Source: Mizuhopecten yessoensis
Lineage: Eukaryota
Assembly: GCF_002113885.1 (NCBI RefSeq)
Contig: NW_018406762.1
Coordinates: forward strand, 1,328,834 to 1,392,833
DNA: 64,000 nt
Reading direction: 5' to 3'
Numbering within the stretch: position 1 is the stretch's first letter; every line of letters starts with the position of its first letter. The notes beneath the pieces are model-generated. The model was given only the letters and a program-made list of their open reading frames with translations. It was not told the DNA's origin and searched no databases. This document shows, in pieces, positions 25,513 to 38,029 of this stretch. The position numbers and the translations under genes were made by a program.

Positions 25513-27131
25513 TTACAGTCTCATGACGTGTACAGTACCGTGGCCACACCCGATCCACACGTTCCCATACGTGTCCACACCCACCGCTGTAGGTCCGATC
25601 ACGCCATGTTTCTGGTCCAGGAGACATGTGGCCTGTGAACCATCTGTCGGTAAGACATACACCTGGCTGTTAATGTAGTCCGGTACAAACAGTCGGTGGC
25701 ACTTGTCACGTGACATCTTAAAGAGGTCCCTACTACCAACCTTTTGACCGTTGTTGAGTGCACCAGTCCATTTATATCTGGTTGTACCAGATCTGTCTGT
25801 TATGATCGATACATTTGTATAGTCCGACACTGCAATGTCTCCTGACGACAAACATGTAATAAACCGCCCATCCATTCCACACGTCACCTTCCTCACAATT
25901 GTTCCTGACTGATTCAGTACTATTATGTCCGGTGTAGTTGAACTAACAACACCTCTTCCCTCTTGTTGATACTGATGTCACATAGGTTATGTGATCTGAT
26001 GTCAGCAAATGTTGTCACTTGTTTGTTGTGTAGTGATAGTTTATATACAAATGTACTACGTGGATTACTGGTCATAAGTATGTCTGTTGTCCCGACCATG
26101 GTGATTCTGTACGGATAGAAGTCCAGTTTTACTGTCTCTGTGACCACACCATCCCTGTTGACCAGTATCAGTCCCTGGTATTGGTCTATTGATAACCACG
26201 CGTGACTGTCGTCGACTGGACATATATCCAATATTTGATTTCGTTGAGTAACAGTAAACGTAGAGAGACGCTGAACGTGTTTATTGTCGATGTCTGTCTT
26301 CTCGTACTGGTTCTCGTGGTGTAATTCACCTAACATTTTCGTCAACAGGACGCGGTCGATACTTCCGGTAACAAAGCTTGGTTGTTTTGGTGAAACATGT
26401 TTCATCCTAACTTCATACAGGAGCAGAGTTTTCCTCAATGACATTTCCGTTTCAAATATGGATACACCAGATGTATCCGTCACTGTAGCCTTTTCATGCA
26501 GACGCGTCAGCTCTTCGACATTTTTATCCAATCGCTGAATATCTTTCTTGTGCAGCATCGATTCTTCTTTTTCTAAAGATGATAACTCGGCCAGGACTGT
26601 ATTCGCGATAGAATCTATTTCTGCCTTTAGTTTAGTCCTCTGTGAGTTTACCTCTTTTCTGGTTGTATCAATGTTGTCTTTGAACGTTTTGTTCACGCAA
26701 TGTCTCACTGACGTCTTGTTCTTGAAATTTGCTATTTTATCAGCTATCATTGTCATTTGTTCCTTAAAATGTTCCTTTTTGACAGACAGTTCGTCTTCAA
26801 AAAGTTTCCAGTTGTGCTGTTTATGATTTTTAGATAGACATATCGAACAAATCAACTCGTTGCAGTCCGAACAGAACATATCACACAGTTTACCAGGATG
26901 TAGTTTACATACCTCTGGTACAGGCTTGTCGCCCTGACGGTTAGCCTTCCCTATCAATACTACCTCGTCGTTTTTAGTCTTCTTTCCGCGTTCATGGAAT
27001 CCCTTACACCGGTCACATAAATTCTCCTGACAGTCGTTACAATACCATCTTACCCCGTCTTCACTGTCACACAAAGCACACGTGTAGGTAACGGGTTCCT
27101 GGGCACGCCGTACGGATCTGTTACTTGCCAT
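25513..27131 (-). pseudogene. TRIM-NHL copy 4 with a single 1-bp deletion frameshift near 25948
   Basis: ATG-to-stop span is 1619 bp versus 1620 in copy 3; actaacaacacct versus agtaacaaacacct; splits into ORFs 25923-27209 and 25513-25896. Confidence 0.85.
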
Positions 27132-27212
27132 GGTGTTGGTACTTTCACGGAATACGTAAAAACTTTGCAAAAAAACTGAGAAATGCCACCATTTGTTATA
27201 TCGGTACAACGT

Positions 27213-27250
27213 TATCTATACACTTCCTTGTTACGTGTATATCACGTGAT
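27213..27250 (-). promoter_or_regulatory. Putative core promoter module of copy 4
   Basis: CACTTCCT 27221-27228 and TCACGTGA 27242-27249. Confidence 0.5.
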
Positions 27251-27739
27251 TTTACGAATAGACGGTATAAAGTCCCGCACTCCTGGCGCTAGGCCAAAAA
27301 TAATCTACCTAAATGGCAGATCTTGCTATCATACGTAACCATCATAACATGTACTTTGTACATTTGTGTTATCTTGCACTTTTTAGTTGTGATTTGTACT
27401 TGCGTTGGGTCCTCTCGACCAAACATTAGAACTATAGAAACAGAATGGCAAGTATAGAATATGTGATGAAGTCAGATATTTTCCTGTTATTGTCCATTAC
27501 TGTGTTTGATAAAAGACAGGTTATATAAATAAATATAAGCACCAGAAGGAAACATCTACAACTTAATTCAGTCTTAGGAGGACGAAAAAGCTGTATGATG
27601 CACTGTAAGATTATGTTTTGCATACTTTATCTATTACTTGATTTTAAAGGTGCATCACATTTATTTGTGTTGTGTCATCGCTTTACCAAATACATGGACA
27701 TTAGATATAACGAGTTGGTCGCCGCCAAAACCAGCCTAG

Positions 27740-28220
27740 TATGGTGTGACCCATAGCAGTGTAGCCTATGTGAATACATAAACATATGTAACGAACCCTT
27801 GTATAATGTGACCAATCGCACTGCAGCCTATGTGAATTACACACATACATAAAGAACCCCTGTATGCTGTGACCAATAGCAGTGAAGCCTATGTGGATTT
27901 CAGACATATCTAAATAACCATTGTATGCTGAGAGCGATAGCAGTGTAGCCTTTGTGAATTGCAGACATATGTGGCGAACCCCGGTATGCTGTGATCCATA
28001 GCCTATGTGAATTATTGAAATACGTAAATATCACCTGTATGTTGTGACCCATGCAGTGTAGCCTATGTGATCTACAGACATATGTGACGAACCCTTGTAT
28101 GTTGTGACCCATATCAGTATAGTCTATGCGAATTACAGACATACGTAACGAATCCCTTTATGGTTAGACCCATAGCAGTGTAGCCTATGTGAACTACAAA
28201 CATATGTAACGAATCTTTGT
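27740..28220. repeat. 61-bp tandem array, about 8 units
   Basis: Same unit as 15095-17905. Confidence 0.9.
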
Positions 28221-28389
28221 ACCCAATACAATGATACGGGTGCTTGTTGATATTCACTATCTACCCAGCTTGTCACTAAAGACCCATGATATCACACAAT
28301 TGTGATGAATTGTGTTCATCTACTTAGTTTCAGATAGATACAATACTACTGCATTATTATATATCCTATATACCCCTGTTTGTAACAAA

Positions 28390-28392
<3 letters not shown>

Positions 28393-28424
<32 letters not shown>
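28393..28424. repeat. (TA)n microsatellite
   Basis: Direct reading; shorter at the equivalent positions near 18070, 30650 and 57738. Confidence 0.9.
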
Positions 28425-28428
<4 letters not shown>

Positions 28429-29302
28429 AATGACAAAACAAAGAACGTTTCTGGTTTTTTGAGTTTGTGAGATGTCAGTTCAATGTATTATTTGTTAAAC
28501 TGTAGTGCACCTAGTCATTTGTTTTGAAACAAAAACAAAGAAATGTGTTACCTTATCTTGATATTAGTTCATGCATCCGATACTTTTTGGCATTTTTGCT
28601 CTCAATTGTTTGATTGAGAAAAACAACTATACTGAGGCCTTTTGTAAATGTTAAACTATGTGTTGGTGGATATTTCATTGATAAAAGTCCTTAATCAAAA
28701 TGACTATTCGCAATTTCTCAACTTAAACATTTCAGGAAATATTATGTGATTGCAATATATTGATATAATTGCAGGAAAGTTCCCAGAGGAGGGAGCGGAC
28801 CTTGCACACCCATGACCCCGACACCCCTAAAATAGAGAATCGTTACTTTAAAGTTGGCACTTGAGTGTTTTGAATTGGATTCTAAATTTTAACCCTTCTA
28901 CAACATGTGTTTGTAATATATACATTGTATGTATATTTGAGTCATCGTGTAATTACTGTTCCTTGTTACTCAATCCTACTTGTGTATTTTACATTTTTAA
29001 TATATATTATGTCAATTTGAAAATTATTTACGTGTTTTGTCTCTATCGACCCGTAATAGATATGACTCGAATTTATAACGAAAACTTACCGCCTCGGTAG
29101 GAGAAGCACACTCACAAAGCATTGTGGTAGCTGTGGACGCTGGCTCTGGCAGAGATGACAGGGGACTACACATATGATCCTTCCTCCAGGATGTCAGAAA
29201 CGGATAGTCAGGATACTGGAGCTTTTCATAATGATATAAAACTTTATTAATACTACAATAATTAAAAAAGCAAGTAATAAAAAACATATTTAACTCTCTG
29301 TT

Positions 29303-29485
29303 TGGACCTGATGTTAGCGTGTGGGGGTCTCAATTTGGGAGGAAACTGGAGTACCTGGAGGAAACTGGAGTACCTGGAGAAAACCCACGTGGTTGGGCAG
29401 GTGAGTCCATACCTTTCCATGTCCGATCGCGGAATCAAAACCGGCCACTTTGGTGAAAGAAGAGTGCACCACACGGCCATCCGAT
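29303..29485 (-). mobile_element. tRNA-derived V-SINE with small internal duplication
   Basis: GTGGGTTTTCTCCAGGTACTCCAGTTTCCTCC V-domain core; ggaggaaactggagtacct is duplicated. Confidence 0.7.
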
Positions 29486-30254
29486 GTTTGCCTGATTTAA
29501 GGAGTTAGGGTGAACGTCATACACAATTATGATATGTGATGGTTATGGTATGCACACCAAGTCCTCTGTATCAATTTTGTAAATAGGAAGGATGTCATAG
29601 TTAGTAGTTACATAGTCCTAGCTATTAACGTTATTGGTTCAGGTGACTTAATCCCAAGAGAGATGTAACGAGAAAAACGAGCAGAAAAAGTCCGAGACTC
29701 CTGGCGCTAGGCAAAAAATAATCTAAAAGACAGAGCTTGCTATCTATCGTACGTAACCATCATAACATATGTGTACATGACATACCGTGTACATGTGTGC
29801 TTAAGTTGTGGTTTGTACTTGAGTTGTGTCCCTTCGACCAATATTTAAACTATCGAAACAGAATGTTAAGTGAAGAATATTTGATGAAGTATAATATTTG
29901 CCTGTTATTGTCCATTACTGTGTTTGATACCAGACAGGTTACATAAATAGATATAAGTACCAGGAGGACACATCTACAACCTAATTTAGTCTTAGGAGGA
30001 CGAAGAAGCTGTATGATGCACTGTAATATGATGTTTTGCATACTTCATGTATTACTTAATTTTAAAGGTGCATCACATTTATTTGTGTTATATCATCCCT
30101 TTACCAAATACATGTACATTAGATATAACGACTTGGTCGCCGCCAAAACCAGCCTGGTAATGATACATAAGTGTCACAAAATTCCCGATAGCGCCATTTG
30201 ACGTAACAAACACAGTTTATGCACAGGGGTTCGTCACAAATGTCTGAAATTCGC

Positions 30255-30480
30255 AATGTAGCCTATGTGAATTAAAGACATTTGTGACAAATCCCTGTAT
30301 GCTGTGACCCGTAGCAGTGTAGCCTATGTGAATTACAGACATTTGTGACAAAGTCCTGTATACTGTGACCCGTAGCAGTGTAGCCTATGTGAGTTACAGG
30401 CATATGTAACGAACCCTTGTATGCTGTGACCTATAGCAGTGTAGCCTATGTGAACTACAGACACATGTAACGAACCTTTG
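30255..30480. repeat. 61-bp tandem array, about 4 units
   Basis: Same unit as 15095-17905. Confidence 0.9.
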
Positions 30481-31033
30481 TACAATGGTACAGATGCGTG
30501 TTAATTTTCCCCACTTTTCACTAAAGACCCATGCCGTCACAAAGTTGTGATGAATTATGTTTATATACTTAGTTTCAGATAGATAAAATACTACTGTTTT
30601 ATTATATATCCAATATACCCCTGTTTGTAACAAAATCATACATAAATATATATATCGTCAATGAAAAAACAAAGAACGTTTCTGGTTTGTTGAGTTTGTT
30701 AGATGTCAGTTTAATGTATGATGTCGTTTAAACTGTAGCACAACTAGTCATTTGTTTTGAAACAAAGAAATATGTTTCCTTATCTTGATATTTGTTCCTG
30801 CATATGACACTTTTTGGCATATTTGCTCTCAATTGTTTGATTGAGACAAACAAATTATACTGATGCCTTTTGTAAATGCTAAACTATGTGTTTGTGGATA
30901 TTTCAGAGATAAAAAAACTTAATCAAAATGACTATTCGTGATTTCCAACTTCAAACGTTCAGGAAATATTTTGCTATTGCAATATATTGATATAACTTGC
31001 AGGAAAGTACCCGGGGGAGGGAGCGGACCTTGC

Positions 31034-31436
31034 ACACCCATGCCTTTCCCGACACCGATGCCCTTCCTGACAACGATGCCCCTCCCCACACCGATGCCCC
31101 TCCCCACACCCATGCCCTTCCCGACACCGATGCCCTTCCCCACACCCACGCCCGTCCCGACACCCATGCCCTTCCCGCCACCGATGCCCTTCCCGACACC
31201 CATGCCCTTCCCGACACCGATGCCCTTCCCGACACCGATTCCCTGTCCGAAACCGATGCCCTTCCCGAAACCGATGCCCTTCCCGACACCGATGCCCTTC
31301 CCGACACCCATGCCCTTCCCGACACCGATGCCCCTCCCGACACCCATGCCCCTCCCGACACCCATGTCCCTCCAGACACCGATGCCCCTACCTACATCCA
31401 TGCCCCTCCCGACACCCATGCCCCTCCCGACACCCC
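31034..31436. repeat. 18-bp GC-rich minisatellite, about 22 copies
   Basis: Unit cccgacac(c/g)atgccctt-type; single seed at about 18451, 28804 and 58121. Confidence 0.95.
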
Positions 31437-32059
31437 TAATTAGAGAATCGTTACTTTAAAGTTAACACTTAAGTGTTTTGAATTGGACTCTAACTTTTAA
31501 CCCTTGTTTGAACATGTGTTTATATAATGTTATGCAGTATATAATCATAAAAAACATTCAAAGTCCTTGTGATGGTTAAATATAATCAAAGTACTGAAAA
31601 GTCCGAAAGGCTAAACATATTACGCTGTCAATTTACATCATCTTTAAGCTTTAAGGACACCATCTATCTAAGTCTGATCATACAAGTCATTATCATAAAA
31701 TATTGAAGTGGGAGATTTCAAATGAAATTTACAAACAATAGAAGAGCATTTTACAAACTTGATGGCACCCTTAGTTAATCTTAGCTCGGTTAAGACTTCT
31801 AATATAAAAAACAAGTTAACAAAAGAAAGTGCAACAAACAATATAGGTGATTCAGATATTTTATTTTTACATTTATGATTATATTATAAACCTCTGTCTT
31901 AATTCCCCCCCCCCCCTAAATATCACTTGGTATTGTGAATGTAGCTTTAGGTAACTGAATAGCATGCCATTGTGAAGACTTAAGATTTATATTGGTAAAT
32001 AAAATATATTAAAGAATATGAAACATAAATACAAAATCTACACAAAAACAGGTTTTTAA

Positions 32060-33662
32060 ATGTACTTAAACCACATATTGTAAAATAAATGAATTTGTTA
32101 GTTGAGTGATCTTTTATAATTTTCCTGAAAACATTGACCCTTATGAAAAATCTGCTATAAGAAGTTGCATCTATGTAATTACATTGTATTTTAACTACCA
32201 AATCAATTATATGATGCAACACAATCCAGTACCGAGATATCGATCTCCGACGTGCTAATCAGCGTACTGGTCACTTACGCTGAATGAGAGCTTTTCTGGC
32301 TGTGACGTCACAAGTTCAACCACAGGCAGCCAGTATGGTAGAGAGTTAACTGTACGGGGTCAGATTGCGATTTGAAAACGGATATTAAGAAATTGGATTA
32401 TGGTGAAGATGATCAAAATGATATAGAATGCCATGTATACTTTACATTATATTAGATTTACAACAGATACGCGTGTCAGTCACGGTTCGCCTTATACGGG
32501 TTTGGGTTTATCTGTTAAATTAATCGTATATCAATACAAAAAAATATAATAGTGTTACTGATAAACAATTATCCTGCTATTGTAAATTTTAAAATTGGTT
32601 TTGAGTGCCGTTATTTATCTCTGTTAGTTGCACGTCAGCCATGTTTAATCTGTTAATTAGTGTTATATTTAGCTGTCTCGTAAACGGTTTTTAAAAAAAC
32701 GAAGTCAAGACACTGAATAACACATACATGTATAGATATGAATCAATTACCCTTTATAAATGTTTCTGCTGACAAGTATGAGCATCCCCCTTCCACGAGT
32801 ACGAGATTTCACAGGCGTTTGCTGAAAAAAATATTTTTCGTACTTCCACGAACATATATTAGATATATACAAGTCCGTGGTATTTCATGGCTCTCACCTA
32901 ATATTACATAAAGGTCCTTGATAAAATGAAAGTCGTAGTTCATTTGTATTACATCAAAAATATATTCAAACTATATACGTTCCAGTAGATCTATGTATGT
33001 CGTTAAGGAAAACAGCCATCACATTTTTTAGGAGCCGGGGGTAACGAGTAGGATGTTGGACCGGGAGAGACCGGAACGATTTGATTCGTTTTTATAGAAT
33101 ATGAACTGCCCTCAAATAGTGTTTTGAACACTATAGGAACATTTTGTAGGTATTTCCCACTTTCAACAAACTGTACGCATTGTTTCCAAACACTGACAAG
33201 TTCAAGGGAAATGCGTGGAAATGAGACACTATCTGCATGCGTGTTCCGACATCCATACACAACACGTGTTTTATTCCTCCTCGATACGAGCTCCTTCCAC
33301 AACACTTCAGCGTTAAAATAAACGTATATGGGTGTGTACACTTGTCGTTTTTAAACATCTATAATCACAACAAAAGGAAGATGAAAACTTTGTTAATCAC
33401 ATGACAGGCCACATATATCACGGTACATATCGATCTTCCTTGGTGCAATCTAATAGGGCTGAGTTGACCGCGTTGAACTTGTGATGTCACAGGTCTGGGA
33501 CACCGAAACGGGGTCATCGCTGTAGGGCCACAGGTGAGATTTCAAGAAATATCGTGGTTTCTCTGAAACGAAAGTCGCTATGGCGTTCGCGCTTTCTCCA
33601 CTTTCTGTTTTATGAAGTGGTGTATTATCAAACTTAATATTGCAAATCATTCCGCGTACACT
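32060..33662 (-). mobile_element. Decayed THAP-domain DNA transposon, possibly Kolobok-like (left end uncertain)
   Basis: Frameshifted THAP-like reading at about 33100-33275; subterminal inverted motif CTGTGAC.TCACAAGTTCAAC at about 32300 and 33472-33493; right end CT followed by TTAA; lies inside a 31586-34988 insertion absent at 58290-58330. Confidence 0.55.
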
Positions 33663-34148
33663 TTAAAGGGTGCATACAATACTATCCATGTTGTGGTATT
33701 AAGTGTTCTATATAAGCTATATTAATAATATTTTGTTTTTTAATAAAGAACTAAGTGCAAATAAACAGAATGGGCTGTTTGTTCTTCGAAAAGTGTCATG
33801 GCGACTGGTTGCGCGCGTGGGTCCGATATGCATAGCCGACGTGCCAATTACTGAATGAACAAGGTACACTAAAATGTTATCATTCAAAAAATTGAAATAA
33901 ATACCTGCTGACTCAAAATTCTATATAAGTATAGGGCAAAGATTCCTTGCTCCGTAAAGTTGATTAAAAGACATATTGTCTGTGTGATCAATGTAAATGG
34001 TGTCATGACGGCCATGTGTGCAAAGTTGCTATTGAAAAATGCATTCTCACAGTATTCAATTACAAACATGACATATGGTTGTGCTTACTGACGGTCTGAA
34101 AAGATCTTTTCTTAGGCGTAAAATGAGAGCAGTTGATAGTCGATGCAC

Positions 34149-34259
34149 AGGGGCTTATATAAACTTACATGATAAAATTAGCTTGAAATACCTATACATT
34201 ATGTCTTTATATATAGGTATTTCAAGCTAATTTTATCATACAAGTCTATACAAGCCCCT
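34149..34259. repeat. Near-perfect inverted repeat, 48-bp arms and 15-nt loop
   Basis: aggggcttatataaacttacatgataaaattagcttgaaatacctata pairs with tataggtatttcaagctaattttatcatacaagtctatacaagcccct with 4 mismatches. Confidence 0.9.
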
Positions 34260-35386
34260 TTTGTCGATGTCAGCTCTCTTCAGCAGCAGCAGAAAAAGTG
34301 AATCTCCGAAGAAGTCCGAAGAAGTTTTACAATTATTTTGGAAGCTCTGTTTTTTTTTCTAATATCCGAAGATTTTTTAAATTTAATAATGCATCGATAT
34401 TGACAAATGAAAATGATATTCAAATAATAATTAAATGTTTCAAATCCACAATGACAATGTTTGTTTGACCGACTGGCGACTGGACGGTGCAAAGTTTATC
34501 TCGCCATTCATGGCATAAATATGTATCACAAGTGATTCAAAGCGTGGAGGATTATGTGATGTGGAATATAAAATTATGTTGAGATGACTTTTTTGATGAT
34601 TGATTTACCATTCCTCATTTTTTAAAAACAAAAATCAACAGTTTGAATTTCCCAGTATATCAGCACTATGGCCTTCGAAGTCAGTCATCCCATAATCCAG
34701 TTCGCCCCGCCATATTGTCACGTATCGGAAAATTAATGTAAACTAGAGCAATATCAGTTCATGTTTGACGTATGTGTCAATCTGAAAAGTGTCATTGTAT
34801 GTATCGAAAAACCATTTTGAGTATGGCGGCAATACCTTTATGATAGACCGTTTACACATTTCAACACTAGGTGGTGTTAGTAACTTGTTGGAAGATTTAG
34901 ACAAATCAGAATGCTAGGATTGTAGTTGTACACATGCTTCGGAGGCGTTGACAATAGGCTGCAACGTAACTGCGTTTCGTTTGGCCTACTAAAGAGGTGT
35001 AAACGCTAAGGAGGTACTTAGACACTCTTTGTATTTGTTATATATATATATATTTGAGCCATCGTGATATTGCTGTTACTTGTGACTCAATCCAGTTTGT
35101 GTATTTTACTTTTTCAATATACATAATGTCAGTGTGAAATGTTTTGACGTGTTTTGTCTATTTCGACACGTAATAGATATGACGCCACTTTATAAAGAAA
35201 AGGTTCCGCCTCGGTCGGAGAAACACACTCACAAAACATGGTGGTAGCTGTGGACGCTGACTCTGTCAGAGATGATGGGGACTACACAAATGATCCTTTC
35301 CTCCGGGATGTCAAGAGCGGATAGTCAGCATACTGGATTGTTTCATAATATAAAACAAGTTAATAAAACTCATATTTAACTCTTTT

Positions 35387-35560
35387 TTACCTGATGATAG
35401 CGTGTTGGGGTCTCAATTTGGGAGCAAACTGGAGTACCTGGAGAAATCCCACGTAGTAAGGCAGTTGAGTCAATACCTTTCCACGTCCAATCGCGGAATC
35501 AAACCTGACCGCTTTGGTAAAAGAAGCAGAGTGTATAATCCACTGCACCACCCGACCACC
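35387..35560 (-). mobile_element. tRNA-derived V-SINE
   Basis: A-box TGGTGCAGTGG, B-box GGTTTGATTCC and GGGATTTCTCCAGGTACTCCAGTTT core on the minus strand. Confidence 0.7.
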
Positions 35561-37775
35561 CAATATTTGCATGATTTAAGGATTAGGACGAACGTCATAC
35601 ACAATTATGATATGTGATGTCCATGGTATGCACACCCAGTCCTCTGTATCAATTTTGTAAATAGGAAGGATGTAATAGTCAGTAGTTACATAGCCCTAGC
35701 TATTAACGTTATTGGTAGAGGGGAAATCCTAAGAGAGATGAAACGAGAAAAACGGGAAGAAAAAGGAAACTGTTTATTTGAATATCCATCCATGGTCGTG
35801 TTAATCCGCACATAGGAACTCGCATGTACCAACTCCACATGGTACTGGTCAACCAATTAATTTTGCTACCAATTTATTTTTTTGTATTTAGATTGCGTCA
35901 TCATTTTTTTAATATTGCGAATACGTTATCAGTTTGTGTTTACTATTGTTATGACGTCACCAAATATCACCTACTCCTGCTTAAGTCTCACCGTAATTGT
36001 TCAGATCATGTAACGTTTCGGACGTGTGAACGTCCGTCATCGTTCATCGAAAAATACCATTGTGACATCACCTAAATGAGACGTCATATAATAGACAATA
36101 CAATTAGAAGAGAGGCAGGAGGAATTCTGTTGTCACATTGTTTTCTATATTGGTCCATACAAAACTTAATCGTATCTTATAAAGGCAATCAGAATTGCAA
36201 AGTAGCCCCTGCTTTTTTCCCAATATCCCAATTTCCAAATATCATAGTGTTGATAGAAATATTGATTTTTCACATGTAGCATTTTCATTTTTCAACACTT
36301 TCATATACATTTTAATTTGGACAATTTTATGATAAAATTATACTTCAGAACATGACAAAACACCCCAAACAAATAAAGAGAAACTGGTACGAATTCCGTC
36401 TTGTTCCTTTGTTGACTTCCCTACATCAATGTTGAACCCCCAGGCCAAATATCAGCGTCGCAGTACCACAGTGTTTAGTTTGAAGATTATTTAAGTGTTG
36501 AACTAGCACGCCTCATTGACATGACTACGAATGCCAACTGAAGGCCGTTTAATACTTACATTTAACATTTCAAAAGATATTTCAATCTCCAACCATTTAT
36601 TAATCAAGATTCCACATTTATTACAAATAGGCGTATTATCGGGTATGCTTGTGTACAGAGTACAGCAGCTGTCTTCAAGGGAACATAAAGAAATTATTAG
36701 AATTTTTTTATAAAATGTTTCAAATTTCACAGTGGTCTTTTCTAAAAATTCCTAATGAAGCAATTAAAAGTTGTATCGTTATATGTGATTAGAGAAGATT
36801 TATTACTAAAACGTATAGGAAAACGTTACAATACATAAGAGAAAGGTAAAACAATAATGTAGAAAAATGGTAGGTGTATTTCTTATAAGTTTGGGAAAAT
36901 AAACTGCATGCACTACACAATCATGGTAAATATGAGCTCACAACTTATAGATAGGGTTGTAGTACCCTAAACAATATTTTTTATCTCAAAATCGATTTTT
37001 TTTATACTTTATAACATGTTTATTGTTCATTTATGTAAACACAATCAACATGTAATACTTTCACACACTAATTTTTATACATCTGGTTTTCATACATATA
37101 AAATAACCATGTGGATGTATTTGGTAACAGGAAGGTAGATTGTATTCTTGTTGCGAGTTCCGAATGTGTGAGAGTGTATATAGAACTATGTGATATTGTT
37201 TCCACTTAAATTTTAGTGACCTTTAAAATAAAAACAGACCGCATGATAGGAATATAAGGACATGTTATTGTGGAGAATCAATGTGTATATCACGACGATA
37301 TCTATGTGATAATGTTTCCACTTATTTTTGAGTGACTTTTAAATCAAATACCGACCGCTTTATAGGAATATTAGGGCATGTTACTTTGTAGAATCAATAT
37401 GTATATCACGACGATATTTAATACAGCGTAGTGCATTCACGTATACACCCGTACATGGGAGTTAACGATTTTATTTAAAATACATCGGTCGTAGCCCAAA
37501 CAACTCTGGAATGACAAAAAGACTAAACAAAACATACACAAAAAACACTCAGGCCAACTCAACAATTTATTCGTTGATCATATTAATGATCATTGTCTGT
37601 TAAAAATTCTAATGACTTATGTCTGTCCGATTACCCAGGTCATTTAACATAATTAAGGTCGCAGTCTCTACAATTTGATTCGGTATTTGAGGATTTTTTG
37701 TACATCATACTTCGGTTAATCGTGTTGAAGTTATATCTACACACTCGATTTTGTTGTACCACTAGTTTCATCATT

Positions 37776-38029
37776 TTACAGTTCCAGGATTGGGACGGTA
37801 CCGTCGCGATAATCGATCCACACCTATCCAAATCCACTCTTTCATGGGTAACCAATGGCAAAGGACATACATTTGATTATTCTTCAAATCTCGTACAAAG
37901 ACTCTGTTGTACTTGTCACATAATCTTTTGACGATTGTTGAGTTCACCAGTCGATTTTTATTTAGTTGTGCGTGCTAGGATTCTTATTATAGCATGCCGA
38001 TACTGCAACCTCTCTTGACAATAAACATA
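37776..38029 (-). pseudogene. 3'-end remnant of TRIM-NHL gene (R3), most decayed
   Basis: gggacggtaccgtcgcgataatcgatccacac...ttgttgagttcaccagtc homologous to R2 and to the gene 3' ends. Confidence 0.7.

Larger units (their letters stand above)
29688..31585. other. Orphan upstream block (gene 5' flank without gene or core promoter); continues at 34989 after an insertion
   Basis: Starts with aaagtcc.agactcctggcgctagg.aaaaaataatctaa, the sequence found just upstream of the E-box of copies 1, 3, 4 and 6, but no CDS is adjacent. Confidence 0.8.

Noticed and set aside
30919-31459. Gly-rich or Pro-rich repeat proteins (GVGKGI / PTPMPF), resembling structural proteins
   Set aside because: Four overlapping frames are open because the 18-bp unit lacks stops; paralogous units hold one non-coding seed.
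35470-35560. tRNA gene
   Set aside because: A and B boxes are the head of a SINE attached to a V-domain core; no intact cloverleaf is evident.
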